In this document: piece after piece, positions 36,952-50,239 of the stretch
Position numbering within the stretch: the stretch's first letter is position 1
Layout of the letters: each line of letters starts with the position of its first letter
Source: Octopus bimaculoides
Taxonomy: Eukaryota
Direction of reading: 5' to 3'
Assembly: GCF_001194135.2 (NCBI RefSeq)
Contig: NC_068981.1
Span: forward strand, 160,095,974-160,159,973
DNA length: 64,000 nt
Position numbers and translations under genes: made by a program
The notes under the pieces: model-generated
The model's input: only the letters and a program-made list of their open reading frames with translations
Database searches by the model: none
Told to the model about the DNA's origin: nothing

Positions 36952-37600
36952 NNNNNNNNNNNNNNNNNNNNNNNNNNNNNNNNNNNNNNNNNNNNNNNNN
37001 NNNNNNNNNNNNNNNNNNNNNNNNNNNNNNNNNNNNNNNNNNNNNNNNNNNNNNNNNNNNNNNNNNNNNNNNNNNNNNNNNNNNNNNNNNNNNNNNNNNN
37101 NNNNNNNNNNNNNNNNNNNNNNNNNNNNNNNNNNNNNNNNNNNNNNNNNNNNNNNNNNNNNNNNNNNNNNNNNNNNNNNNNNNNNNNNNNNNNNNNNNNN
37201 NNNNNNNNNNNNNNNNNNNNNNNNNNNNNNNNNNNNNNNNNNNNNNNNNNNNNNNNNNNNNNNNNNNNNNNNNNNNNNNNNNNNNNNNNNNNNNNNNNNN
37301 NNNNNNNNNNNNNNNNNNNNNNNNNNNNNNNNNNNNNNNNNNNNNNNNNNNNNNNNNNNNNNNNNNNNNNNNNNNNNNNNNNNNNNNNNNNNNNNNNNNN
37401 NNNNNNNNNNNNNNNNNNNNNNNNNNNNNNNNNNNNNNNNNNNNNNNNNNNNNNNNNNNNNNNNNNNNNNNNNNNNNNNNNNNNNNNNNNNNNNNNNNNN
37501 NNNNNNNNNNNNNNNNNNNNNNNNNNNNNNNNNNNNNNNNNNNNNNNNNNNNNNNNNNNNNNNNNNNNNNNNNNNNNNNNNNNNNNNNNNNNNNNNNNNN
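36952..37600. other. Assembly gap (649 N) after a (TA)n array
   Basis: Run of N. Confidence 1.
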
Positions 37601-37924
37601 CTATATAGCCAAGTCTTATATTCTGTGTATGTTTTGCCTGAACAAACATTAAATATCAGTACAATATTCATAGATTAGGAAAATAAAGTCAGAATATAAA
37701 AAAATAATTTGGTACTGTTTATAATTCAATCTATTCTCTATGTACATTTAATCAAACTTCTGTAGAAAAGGTGTAGGTAGGAACTCTAAAAGATACACCC
37801 AGTGTAAGCTTTGGACACATAAAAGGTGCAGCAACATCAGAGGAAGATTAACAGGGAAACTAGCTTTCATATGTGGAAGATGCACAGGTACAATAAATGC
37901 TGAAAATGTACAGAAATTAGACTC

Positions 37925-38780
37925 TATTAACTGCCAGTGGGGTAAACAGGAAGTAGTAGATAGCTTCCGTCATCTAAGTGACCAAGTTAGTAGTAGAGGT
38001 GGATGCTCCGAAAGCATAGCTGTGAGAATAAAGACTGGGCAAAGTTCAGAGAGCTCCTACCCCAGCTGGCAACAAAGGGCCTTTTTCTCAGAGTGAAAGG
38101 CAGATTGTTTGATGCCTGTGTGCAAACAGCTATGCTGCATGGCAGTGAAACATGGGCTATGACAGCCAAGGACATGCATAGGTCTGAGAGAAATGAAGCC
38201 AGTATGCTTCGCTGAATGTGGAATGTCAGTGTGCATGTTCGACAGAATGTAAGCATCTTGAGAGAAAAGTTAGGCATAATAGGAATCAGATGTGATATGC
38301 AAGAGAAATGAATGCGCTGGTATGGTCATGTGATGCATATGGACAAGGACAGCTATGTAAAGAAGTGCTGATCTCTAACTGTGGAGGGAACCCGTGGTAG
38401 AGGTAGACTCAGGAAGACATGGGATGAGGTGGTGAAGCATGATCTTCAAACTTTGAGCCTCACAGAGGCAATGACTAGTGACCAAGACCTTTGGTGATAT
38501 GCTGTGCCTGAGAGGACCTGGCAAGCCAAGCAAAATCGCAGTCGTGGCAGATACATGTGTCATGCAAATTAGCACATGAACACACCCTGGTGCCACGCTG
38601 TGTCTGTGGCACATAAAAGCACCCATTACACTCTCAGAGTGGTGGGCCTTGGAAAGGCCAAAAACTATGCTGTCAAAAACCATGCCAAATCAGACTGGAA
38701 TCTAGTGCAGCCTTCCAGCATGCCAGCCCAGTCAAACTGTCCAACCCATGCCAGCATGGACAACAAGTGATGATGATGAT
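37925..38780 (+). mobile_element. RTE LINE 3' end, ~850 bp
   Basis: FRELLPQLATKGLFLRVKGRLFDACVQTAMLHGSETW...RWYGHVMHM...GRGRLRKTWDEVVKHDL..., then the 3' UTR and (GAT)n tail. Confidence 0.9.
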
Positions 38781-38787
38781 ATATATA

Positions 38788-38847
<60 letters not shown>

Positions 38848-40791
38848 ATATAATTGTTTTACTCCACTTTTCCATGCTTTCATGGGTCATAGTTTTGAAG
38901 GTTTTTTATGGTCAGGTGCTCTTCCTTTTGTCAACCCTCACCTCTGTTTCTACTTATTCTCAAAGAAGATTGGAAATGAATGACATTGCCTGTTTGACAG
39001 TGGCAATCATTTACAACTATGATGCAATGTCAAGGCATGAAATCACACACACACACACACACACAACACGCATATACTTTCAAGGACTGAACCTGAAACC
39101 ATGTATTTGGGAAGCGAACTTCTTTACCACACAGCCATGCCTACACCTATAACAATACTGGAAAACAAAATATCTTTTACTAGAACTTACAAGTTACCTA
39201 GGTCTTCCATTAAATAAAGTTAAGTCTTACTCTTTAAAATATTTTACAAATATGAATAAGATATGGCAACTAAGATGTATTAATTATCAAAAACCTGGAA
39301 GGCACAAACAGAAGACATGTACTCAATAACTTGCAATGCAAGAAACCCATCTAGGAGATCAGTAACTTTGAATAAAAATTGACACATGGTAAAGAAGACT
39401 TTACTCTTGCTGCAGACAATTCCTCTAGCACTGATGGCATAAAATATACTCGGTCTTTACTGTAAATGCTATGCCATCATAAATGTATGACATACAACAA
39501 CAAAGATATTTCTCTATTGCTGTGTATGCCAGATGAAGAAGGACTATGACAAAAGGCAAGGTCGTCGTCGTCGTCGTTTAACGTCTGCTTTCCATGCTAG
39601 CATGGGTTGGACGATTTGACTGAGGACTGGTGAAACCAGATGGCTACACCAGGCTCCAATCTGATTTGGCAGAGTTTCTACAGCTAGATGCCCTTCCTAA
39701 TGCCAACCACTCAGAGAGTGTAGTGGGTGCTTTTACATGTCACCCGCACGAAGGCCAGTCAGGCGGTACTGGCAACGGCCATGCTCAAAATGGTGCATTT
39801 CATTTCATGTGCTACCCGCACAAGAGCCAGTCCAACGATCTCGCTCGAAAAAAAAAAAAAAAAGGGAGAAATGTACAATTCAGTATAGAATTAAATGCAT
39901 GTAAAATGATGCTGCTGCTGATATCTCAGTTAATCATCACCATTTTACATCTGTTTTCCATGTTGGCATAGGTTGGGTGGTTTGAGAGGAGCTGGTGATT
40001 CAGGGGACTGCCTCAAGCTCCAATGTCTACCTTGGTATGGTTTCTGCAGCTGGATACGCTTCTTAATGTCAACCACTTTACAGAGTGTACTGAGTGCTTT
40101 TTAGGTGGCACCAGCACCAGTGATGTCACCAAGTAACTTGCATGACAGGACACTGCAATTAAGGGAGGTGGTAAGGTATATGATAGAGGGATGAAAGAGA
40201 GAGAAGACGATGGCAGAGATGCATTGAATTTTGATTGCTGTATTTTGTTCTAAACAATTTTTTTAGTACATATGTACACTTTTATGTATTGATCTATCTC
40301 TGTACTCTGGCAATAAATGAACTGATCTACATTTGGGACAAAAGCATGAAAAATTCAATACTTTAAAAATATTTATATACTCAAAACTCATTCAGTCTTA
40401 CCATGTTATATAATTTACCTAATTTCTATGGAAACAATATTCTCTTATTCTGTTGATTTCCTATTTTCTGCTAGTCTTATTTTATTAACCAGTCTGTTTA
40501 TATTTCATCAAAATCTCTGTTGGTAATTGCAGCAGAAATGGGGAAAAAATTCAATATGTCTGATGATAATAGTTTAGTTATCTGATAAGTTAGCTAGTCT
40601 GATAGATATAATGAATTTTAAATTACATGTTACACTCCAAATCAAAAGGTTCACTATATAACTGTACAAATTATTGTAACAGAAAATAATTTTTTAAACA
40701 CTTTTCATATAATATTTATACAATAATACTGTTGCATATGTGTTGCTGATATTTCCAACAAAATCTTTTTTTTTTTTTTTTTTTTTTTCAG

Positions 40792-40992
40792 GTTGGATCA
40801 ATGGCCTTTAAAGGTATGAAGACACTAAATCGAATACAATCAATTGTTTATGAGACTGCATACAAGACAAATGAAAATCTTTTAATCTGTGCTCCCACTG
40901 GAGCTGGAAAGACAAACATCGCTATGCTTACTGTTATTAGAGTGTTGAAACAAAACATTGTACAAAATGTAATCCGAAAAGACCAATTTAAG
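40792..40992 (+). CDS. ASCC3: ASCC3 coding exon 8: Q motif and Walker A
   Basis: Poly-T-cag| and AAG|gtgggt. AFKGMKTLNRIQSIVYETAYKTNENLLICAPTGAGKT. 201 nt, phase 0-0. Confidence 0.97.
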
Positions 40993-41601
40993 GTGGGTCT
41001 AATATTTGCCAAATTTCCAAATACATGCAGTCCTTTAAATACTTTCCTGTTAAAATATTTTTTAAGGAAATTAAACTTTTTTTTTAGACAAACTTATGAC
41101 AAATTTATGAACCCTGACAGAGGTAGCTTCATGCTTTTATGCTTTACAGCAGAGATTTTGTTTGTTTACTAAGGATTGAGCACTAGAAATAAAATAGTAA
41201 CACTATAATTCTAAGAATATAATGTAACTTATAAATTTTCGATTCTTGCATTGATTTAGAAAAAAAATACAGCCTAATACTAAAGAACAACTAAAATTTT
41301 ATTGTTATTTATTAATGCAAATATATTTAAAAGGAAATATTGATTCACATAACTATTGTACTTCTGTCTGTTTTGCAATTTCAACATTTATACATAGTGT
41401 ACATTGCACTATACACTACACATATAGGGTCTATAAATTAAATACTGGGATATTTTTTATATATTTATAAAAATGTTAAGCTTTCATCTTATTCATTTAT
41501 CATATTGGTGTAGCTTAACTCTATAGTTAATGGCAATTTAAAATTTGACTGGCCAATAAATTATGTATAGCTAGATTATCAATATATATTTATATTCATT
41601 T

Positions 41602-41886
41602 ACCATCCGAACATGGCCGATACCAGTACCCCATGCTAGTAGCACATAAAAAGCACTATCCGAACGTGGTCGATGCCAGGCCTGCCTGACTAGCTCCCAT
41701 GCCGGTGGCACATAAAAAGCACCCACTACACTCTCAGAGTGGTTGGCGTTAGAAAGAGCATCTAGCTGTAGTAACATTGCCAGATCAGATTGGAGTCTGG
41801 TGCAGCCACTGGCTCTCCAGACCTCAGTCAAATCGTCCAACCCATACCAACATGGAAAACGGATGTTAAATGATGATGATGATGAT
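41602..41886 (+). mobile_element. RTE LINE 3' UTR copy
   Basis: Two internal units plus the tail ...ccaacccataccaacatggaaaacggatgttaaa(tga)n. Other plus copies at 46025-46247, 52170-52345, 53880-54030, 55770-55985, 59975-60163 and 63965-64000. Confidence 0.85.
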
Positions 41887-41951
41887 ATATATATATATAT
41901 ATATATTTGCTTTTTTCATATATATTGATGTTACTATTTATATTTCTTTAG

Positions 41952-42092
41952 ATTATTTATGTTGCACCTATGAAAGCACTTGCTGCTGAAATGGTGAGGA
42001 ACTTTGGTAAACGACTAGAACCACTTGGAATAACTGTCCGTGAATTGACTGGAGATATGCAATTGACCAAACAAGAAATTGTCAATACTCAG
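41952..42092 (+). CDS. ASCC3: ASCC3 coding exon 9: motifs Ia/Ib
   Basis: tttctttag| and CAG|gtaaat. [14 protein letters not shown]...[17 protein letters not shown]. Confidence 0.97.
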
Positions 42093-42391
42093 GTAAATTT
42101 GAACAATGTTTTAAAAAATGATTTTAAAAAAAGCTGTCTAAGGGCTATATTTAAGTTATATTTTGTCACTATAAACATCTTATAAAAATAAATTTTTATA
42201 TTAAAGATAAATTTGAAATGTAATTGAAATAATTTGTATTTTGAAAATAATAATTTTGTAATAAACTTTGCATTTAGAAAGGAATTCAATATGAATATTT
42301 TAGAAAGTTATGTTTCATTTAAAAACAAGGAAAATATAAATTTCTAAAATATTAAATGTTTAAACTTTTTTTGTCTTTTCTTCTCTCTTAG

Positions 42392-42556
42392 ATGTTAGTC
42401 ACTACTCCTGAAAAATGGGATGTGGTTACACGTAAAGGAACAGGAGATGTGTCTTTATCTCAGTTAGTAAAACTGCTTATTATAGATGAGGTCCATTTGT
42501 TGCATGATGACAGAGGTGCTGTCATTGAAAGCTTAGTTGCCAGAACTCTGCGGCAG
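42392..42556 (+). CDS. ASCC3: ASCC3 coding exon 10: DEVH box
   Basis: ctctcttag| and CAG|gtatgt. [15 protein letters not shown]...[27 protein letters not shown]. Confidence 0.97.
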
Positions 42557-42849
42557 GTATGTCCTTTCAGCAACATAACTAGTGTAACACAGATTTTCTT
42601 AATTTCTTTCATATAAGATATCATTTCAGATAAACTCAATGTATGTGTGTATGTTTTTTTTTTTTAAGACAGTAGTTTGTAATTGTAGGAAGACTTATGT
42701 GCTATTACTAGCAGGCCAAACAACTGCATTGTGGCTCCTTTGTTGGCTTGTGAATTTGAAATTTGTATGTTTTTAACTGTGGTCTTGCGCAAAAGACTTA
42801 ATGCTATATTTCAATGGTTCTGTACTCCAAAAATTGATTTTCTTTTTAG

Positions 42850-43006
42850 GTGGAGGCTACACAGAGTATGATAAGAATTGTTGGTCTATCTGCAACATTA
42901 CCAAATTATTTAGATGTTGGACGATTTCTCAGAGTTAACCCTGCACTTGGATTATTTTTCTTTGATGGTAGATTCCGGCCAGTCCCACTGGAACAGTCTT
43001 TCATAG
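42850..43006 (+). CDS. ASCC3: ASCC3 coding exon 11: motif III (SAT)
   Basis: tctttttag| and G|gtgaat. [23 protein letters not shown]...[16 protein letters not shown]. Confidence 0.97.
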
Positions 43007-43800
43007 GTGAATTAATTAATATTTTAAATGTGTTGTATAAATTAAATGTATTTTACAAATAAACTGAAATCTCTAGAATTACTGGGCAAGATTTGCTAAT
43101 CGCGTCTAGAAGTTTAACATGTCTGTATGACATACTCTTATTCTTTTACCTTTTACCATATTAACTTGTTTCAGTCATTGGACTGCAGCCTTGCTGGGCA
43201 TTTCTTTGAAGAGATTTAGTTGAGCAAATCAATTTATTGGTCTTTTATGCCAAACCATTAAGTTACAGCAATGTAAACAACCCAACACCAGTTGTCAAGT
43301 GGTGGAGAAGGGGAACACTAACATAAACACACACACACACACATATATATATATGGCAGGCTTCTGCACAGTTTCTGTCTACCAAATTCACTTACAAGGC
43401 ATTGATTTGTCCAGGGTTATAGTAGAAGACATTTGCCCGAGGTCCTGCACATTGTCATAGTAATGTTGAGATGGTATTAAATGTTATACAGGATAAAAAC
43501 GTGTTGATAAACAATATATTAGATTAAGAGTTATGAAAGAGAAGTGTAAGAGACTGTTTTTAGATTTTTCTAGATTAAAAAAAAAATTTGATATCATTGA
43601 TCAAACATAACTGACTGTTGGTTTGTAAATAAGAGTTTTTAAAAAAACCACTTTAGTAAAAATACATTTGTTATGTAATAAAAAGCTGAAATGTTATTTA
43701 AAAAATGCTTTGGCAAATCTGTTCTAGATAAATTTTTATACATTCTTTGTTGATATTCACTAATATTAAGTATTTTTTGTTTATTCATTTATTTCTCTAG

Positions 43801-43892
43801 GAATCAAGTCAATAAACAAAATGCAGCAGTTACAAGATTTTAACACTGTTTGTTATGAGAAAGTTCTTGATCAAGTAAAGAAAGGATACCAG
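43801..43892 (+). CDS. ASCC3: ASCC3 coding exon 12
   Basis: atttctctag| and CAG|gtaaca. GIKSINKMQQLQDFNTVCYEKVLDQVKKGYQ. Confidence 0.95.
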
Positions 43893-45298
43893 GTAACATC
43901 TCAGTCTTTAACATACCAGAGCATTGAAAATACAACCATTATTATTATATAATTAGTAACATAAAATATTTAGCATGCAAGATTTTAGTGATGAACTGGT
44001 TAATATAATGGAAATAGATGCTTATGCAGATTACTGTCTTAACAAAATAGCAGGCTATCGCAAACCTCTATCTAGATATCTGAACTTCAAATCATAATGA
44101 TAATCATAGACAGAAAATATTCTAAACAAGGTTAATAATCAACTATTAACTAAGTGTTTTACAAAAACATTGTCTCTAAGGTTTAAAAATTATATTCAAA
44201 TTACAAATGACTGATTGCTTTTATTCATTTATAAAAATCTTGTCAAATATTGTTTAGCTCCAGCTCAACTCCGATTGAGTGTGTTCAGGAGCAAAGAAAT
44301 TCATGATTTGGTCATAGTACCTTTTATCCAAAGGATGTCATGTTTTTTCTCACTTTAAGATTTGGCTACTGTTTATGACTGGTCAAGCAATCACATACAG
44401 GTTTGTTTAGTTGTTGTGTAGTCTAAGGTCAATTTTGATAGAGCAAATCTCTGATCAGAAACGTTCCAGTCAGGATGAACCCATCACTTTAAGAGTATCT
44501 AAGACTAAATAATCCCGTGTGTACTTACTGTTGGGGTTGATTTGAGAATTGGCTGCTATTTCTGGCAGGTCAAGCAGCCTCATAGAGTTCCCTAATTGGC
44601 TCTGTGTGAAAGCCAAAGTTTAAAGGAGCTGAAAAAATAGCAGAAAATTTTAGGCATCAACCAAGGGCTGCTGTTAAGAGAATTGTGGAGATATGCTAAG
44701 TGAAAAATGCTATGTGCTGTTAAATAGCAGAATTTTCCAGCTATATATTGATTTCAAATTTTAGGTCACAGTGCATTATATGTTTTAAAAGTTTGATCCT
44801 TTGATGTATGTTCCTGTTGTCTGGCACTAAAAATTTTGCATTACATTTTTTATTTTCAAACACATTAAGTAGAAAAGATTGGGAACATTAGTTAACTCCT
44901 TGTTTCAATGTCCTCATTCCCTATGATGAATATATCCTCTGTTGCTTGGGGACACTGAGAAATAAAGATTTTGATATTTCACTTCTATTCTTAGTGTGTA
45001 TTGAATTGTTATATCAAATTTGAGGTTTTATTCAACATTTTCTATTATTAATATAAGTTTAAAATTTTACATTTTACCTGAGAATTTCTTAGAGATTATT
45101 AAAGGGTTTCACATATGTAAAGTATTTGATTTGCAACACTTTGCCAGTGTGTAACTTTTAAGCTTCTATGCTACAAAATTAATTTAGTGTATAATTTTGA
45201 TAAATTATTTTTGGATAATTTAAAAAATTACTTCATATATTTCTGATCAGCAGGTTGTGAATTTCTGTGTATAACATTTCCCCAACTTTTTTTCCCAG

Positions 45299-45421
45299 GT
45301 GATGGTATTTGTCCATGCTCGCAATGAAACCTTACGAACAGCAAAGGTTCTGAGAGAACTAGCTCTGAATAGTGATAATATTCATTTGTTTGCACCTCAA
45401 GGAAGGAGAAGTGGTCTTCCT
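45299..45421 (+). CDS. ASCC3: ASCC3 coding exon 13: motif IV
   Basis: tttcccag| and CCT|gtatgt. VMVFVHARNETLRTAK... Confidence 0.93.
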
Positions 45422-46957
45422 GTATGTAATATTACAAATATATATTCTCAATGAAAAATTAACTTATTAGTTTTTAACTATTTATTTTATATTTTTCATG
45501 ATTTAATACAAGCTGTAAACACGTTTTTTTTTTTACTGCTTAGTCAAAAGGGAAAAGGCAGTACCCTATTTTTTTTTTGTTGTTTTTTCAAGGGCTTCCA
45601 AGGCTAGTGAGAGGAAGCAAAGAAGTTATTCTTAAATTGCAAAGTTGCCTCAAATGCTTGCAACAGAATGAACTTTGCTAAAAGCACCTGAGGGCCAGGT
45701 GGTGGTGTTAAATCAAACAGCAGATTAAATCTGTCCAAGTACTCAGAATGCAAAACAATGCTCAGACAAATACAAGACATCTTGTTCCATTTCAACAATC
45801 CAATGTCTTCAATTAGTACATTATTGTCTTGATTCTGAAAGGAGGAATGACAATGTTTCAAAACAGTGTATAGAGCTAGAACAAATACTGAGACATTGTC
45901 CTATGCTGCAGCAATTCTGCCAATTTGCCAAAATTTAAATTCATAAAAGATGTCTTTTGAAATGATTTATAGTAATATCCTACCAAATACATTTTTACAT
46001 CCCAGTCCCTTGTTTATAATAATCTGCACGTAAAAAGCACCATTCAAGCGTGGTCAATGCCAGTACCGCCTGACTGGCACACCTGACTGGCACACCCACT
46101 ACCCTCTCAGAGTCGTTGGCATTAGGAAGGGCATCTAGCTGTAGAAACTTTGCCAGATCAGATTGAAGCCTAGTGCAACCTTCTGGCTTGCCAGCCCATG
46201 CCAACATGGAAAGCGGGCATTAAACAACAACAACAATGATGATGATGTGTGTTCATTATTATTTTCACCTCCACTTTTCCATGCTTGCATGGGTCAGATG
46301 GAATTTGTTGAAACAGATATTTCTATAGTCAGATGCCTTTCCTATCACCAACCTTTGCTTCTTTCCAAACAAGGTAATATTTTCTCATTGCCAGTCATGT
46401 TTCCCCCAGAAGTCTAAAAACAAACTGCCTTGTATGACAGTGATGCTCATTTACAACTATCACGTGATATCTAGATAAAGTTGCTCATGTACATACACAC
46501 ACACATGCATACGTGTGTGTGCATATATATATATACACCCATAAACACACACATATATGTATGTATACACGCACATACAATGGGCTTCTTTACAGTTTCC
46601 ATCTACCAAATCCACTCACAAGGCTTTGATGAGCCTAGGGTTATAGTAGAAGATACACACCCAAGGTGTCACACAATGAGACTGATCCCAAAACCATCTG
46701 GTTGTAAAGCAAGTTTCTTAACCACACTTGTGTCTATTGTTTATGAATATTTTGTATCTTTGAATTTAATTTACTGAAGTCACTATTTAAATTATCAGCT
46801 AAATTTACAAAATTTTTGTAATATAATTTGTATAGTTCAGTAGTTTCTAAATGTTTTCAGATTTACGCTTATATTTTTTATTATTAATGATATATATTTA
46901 TGAATCTGTTCATTTCTTTCTTTCTTTCTTTTTTTTTTTTATGAAAATACACTGTAG

Positions 46958-47149
46958 GGCCACAATCCCCAAAATCGACATCTTCAAGAATTGTTCCCTG
47001 ATGGATTTGGTATACATCATGCTGGAATGCTTCGTCAGGATCGTAATTTGGTTGAAAAGTATTTTTCTGAAGGTTCCATAAAAGTCTTAGTGTGTACAGC
47101 AACTTTGGCCTGGGGTGTGAATTTACCTGCTCATGCTGTCATCATCAAG
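46958..47149 (+). CDS. ASCC3: ASCC3 coding exon 14: motifs IVa/V
   Basis: actgtag| acceptor, weak donor AAG|gttatt. ...[19 protein letters not shown]...[20 protein letters not shown]. The 5' boundary is inferred from phase. Confidence 0.92.
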
Positions 47150-48461
47150 GTTATTACATTAACAATATTTAAACATGTTCTTTAAAGATTAACTTAACAT
47201 ATATCAGTTATTTATAAAATGGGTTGTATATATAATGAAAACTTGTCTTTAGATGTTTAAAACTATTAAAACCATTTAAAATTCCTTAAATTCCTAATAT
47301 CTTGCTAGGTATTGTCACTGAACTTGAAAATTTACTGAATTGAAGTATCGTAAATATTTTAATAAGAAATTAATGGATTAATATATTTATCTGTCCTAAC
47401 TTTGTCTGTTCAATATTTGCTATAAATGCAGAGCTTAGGACAAGTATCAACATAGACAAACTACTTAACATTTTAATGTAATATTGTAAATGGTATTCTT
47501 TTCTCAGCCAACCTGTTTTATTATCTTCCAGGATTCTTCATTGATTTATTCATTGACCATTCTTCCTTCCTTCCAGATCTTAATATATTTCATTTATTTT
47601 GTACTATATGAAATGTTGCACTCTTATTAGTTTTATTGTCAACTTTTACTCTTAAAATTTGAATAGTACATTCGATACTTAGGTCATATTTTATTTCTAC
47701 TGAGGAATGAAGTAATGCATCCATCCTAGTCTTACATAAGACTGCTCTATATGTATTTTACTTAAAATGAAATGAATATGAGCTAAGATAAATATCTCAG
47801 ATTGGTCAGTGGCATGTATTTGAACAACGAATATGAATAAAGGTCCATTAAATAACATGCAAGATAAATTCTTGATTTATTGTAATTACTTTTGCTTTGT
47901 GGCAATTGATACCAACTTTATGGAGATGTGGAGATAATCTCTAAAATCTAGGGTTCTTCAAAATTGACATGCAAACAAGTGAATTGTTGTGAACATGTTT
48001 CTATCTCATTTGGCATCATCTACATAGCAATTGTCCTACTTTATTCTTTAGCAGATGATGAGATATTTCAAGATAGAAAAGACATACTGTCTGAAGACAA
48101 TAGGATGGTTTTGGACATGTGATTTTATTTACTTCAATAAGTGTGATCAGTGTAATAATTGTCCTCTTATTTTCAACAGGCATGACACTTAGACATATGT
48201 AAAAAGAGTAGAATGCATTTATGTCTTGGGTAATAGATATGTATATTAAAAAATGCAAATCTGTCAAAGTATACTTTTACATTCAATTTTTAAAAAAAGT
48301 ATTCTCTGATTTAAATTGAAATAGAAACAAAAAGGAAAAATTTTCCAACTTTCAGTTAATAATTTTGTATATGCTTTTAAAACAATAGAATAATATTTTT
48401 GCATTAAAAAATGAAAATACATGCATTAATACATAAGGATTACATTTTTGTGTTTCTACAG

Positions 48462-48686
48462 GGAACTCAAATCTATGATGCCAAGAAAGGTTCTTTTATT
48501 GACATTGGCATACTTGATGTTTTGCAAATATTTGGACGTGCTGGACGACCCCAGTTTGATACTTTTGGTCATGGAACTATCATAACTACTCATGACAAAC
48601 TTGCTCATTACCTGTCTCTTATGACACGACAAAATCCTATAGAAAGTCAGTTTATTACAAGCCTAACTGATAATTTGAACGCTGAG
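48462..48686 (+). CDS. ASCC3: ASCC3 coding exon 15: motif VI
   Basis: tttctacag| and GAG|gtaggt. [10 protein letters not shown]...[12 protein letters not shown]...NPIESQF...DNLNAE. Confidence 0.97.
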
Positions 48687-49665
48687 GTAGGTGATCATTG
48701 TTTTTATACTTTTGTAACATCATTATAGTTCAAAATACACTTAATAAATACTGCCTTAGAGTATTTGTAAATTGGTGGAAGAATAGGTGCAGTTATAAAG
48801 GAAGAAATAAGTAACTAGCAAAGGCCTTGTTGGCAATAAAAAAATATTTTGTTGGTGATATCCAAGAACTTATTCTTGGTTAAACCCTGAATCAAGTATG
48901 TGTATTTATGATACCAGTTTGAATGTAAGATTACGGCTGAGTTTCTAATTCCTAATGAAATAAGCCCCATCTTTTATGAGATTTACAGAACCAGTATGCT
49001 TCACCAAAATCCTGATAGTCTCTTGAAAGTTTTATGTCTATATGCAAGAAAAATGAACTGTGTAGAACCTGTTTCATGTCGTGTCCTTTACTCTAACTTA
49101 TATTGATGTTAGTGCTGTCTGAGTGGTTGACTTCCAATTACTATTATCAATATTGCCTGCTTACATGGAACAGTGACAAAACTTCTTCACATCATTTTTA
49201 TTGGACAGTAACTGCTTATGTAGTCATAGTGTCTCATTCTAACAGAGAAGTCGGAACACTTTCAGACAGCTGCTTGATGACTTTTCCAAATGCTCGTCAT
49301 ATTTGACCGGCTCTCGCTGTTCTTTCTTCATTTATGAACTGGTCAGAAAAGATGCACAGGCTATGAAATGAATAGGAACCATGATGATTATTGCATATAT
49401 GAACAGTTCCTTCAGTAGACCTTTATTGCTAGCACCATAGCAACTCAACCTTGCTGGTCTATCATAATGCTAACCTGCAGCAAAATCATTAGCTAGATGC
49501 TTTGCCACTCTGGTGAAACTGAAAACATAAGATATACAAAAGAGAAAAAGCAATGAAGAAGATAATCAGCATAAAAATCAGAAATATGGATCAAAATGCA
49601 CATGCTAAGCAATAAATACTTATTTCTTTCTTTTTGTTCTAATAAGTTAAGGATATAAAACAATA

Positions 49666-49882
49666 CGAGGGGGTGCTGTAAAATTCCTGGCTTTGGGTTA
49701 AAGAAAATGCAGGAGGATCAGTTAATTATTATTTTATTCAATGTATTTCCCTTTCAGATTCACACACTTATTTCAATGGTCCTTCAGTTTTTCTAAGCCC
49801 TGTAAAAGAACTCAGAAGGTTGAGCCTCCAACCAGGCCTTTAACAATACCCTTAAAACCAGGAACTTTTCAGCACCCCCTCA
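49666..49882 (+). mobile_element. Mariner-type MITE
   Basis: TA|cgagggggtgctgtaaaattcctggcttt ... aaaaccaggaacttttcagcaccccctca|TA. Confidence 0.85.
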
Positions 49883-50007
49883 TAGATCTTGCAATGTCTG
49901 TAAATTGATCTTTTCTGTAAGATTGTTATTAAATAAGCAATTATTTGATAGCAGTTAAATGAATTCTTGGAAATTTCTAAAAAACTAAATTGGTTGTTGT
50001 TTTCTAG

Positions 50008-50127
50008 ATTGCTCTTGGTACAGTTTCTAATGTAGAAGATGCAGTGAAGTGGCTCAGCTACACTTATTTATTTGTGAGAATGCGATGTAATCCAATGGTT
50101 TATGGGATACCTTATAACAAATTGGAG
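50008..50127 (+). CDS. ASCC3: ASCC3 coding exon 16: winged helix
   Basis: tttctag| and GAG|gtaatt. [33 protein letters not shown]. Confidence 0.96.
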
Positions 50128-50239
50128 GTAATTTCATTCAATATTATTTTACATTTTCATATATATGTATTCGATAGTTACTTACCATATTCTTCTCATT
50201 TATTTGCTGTTTTATATTCAGTTGTTTACTCAACTCTGT

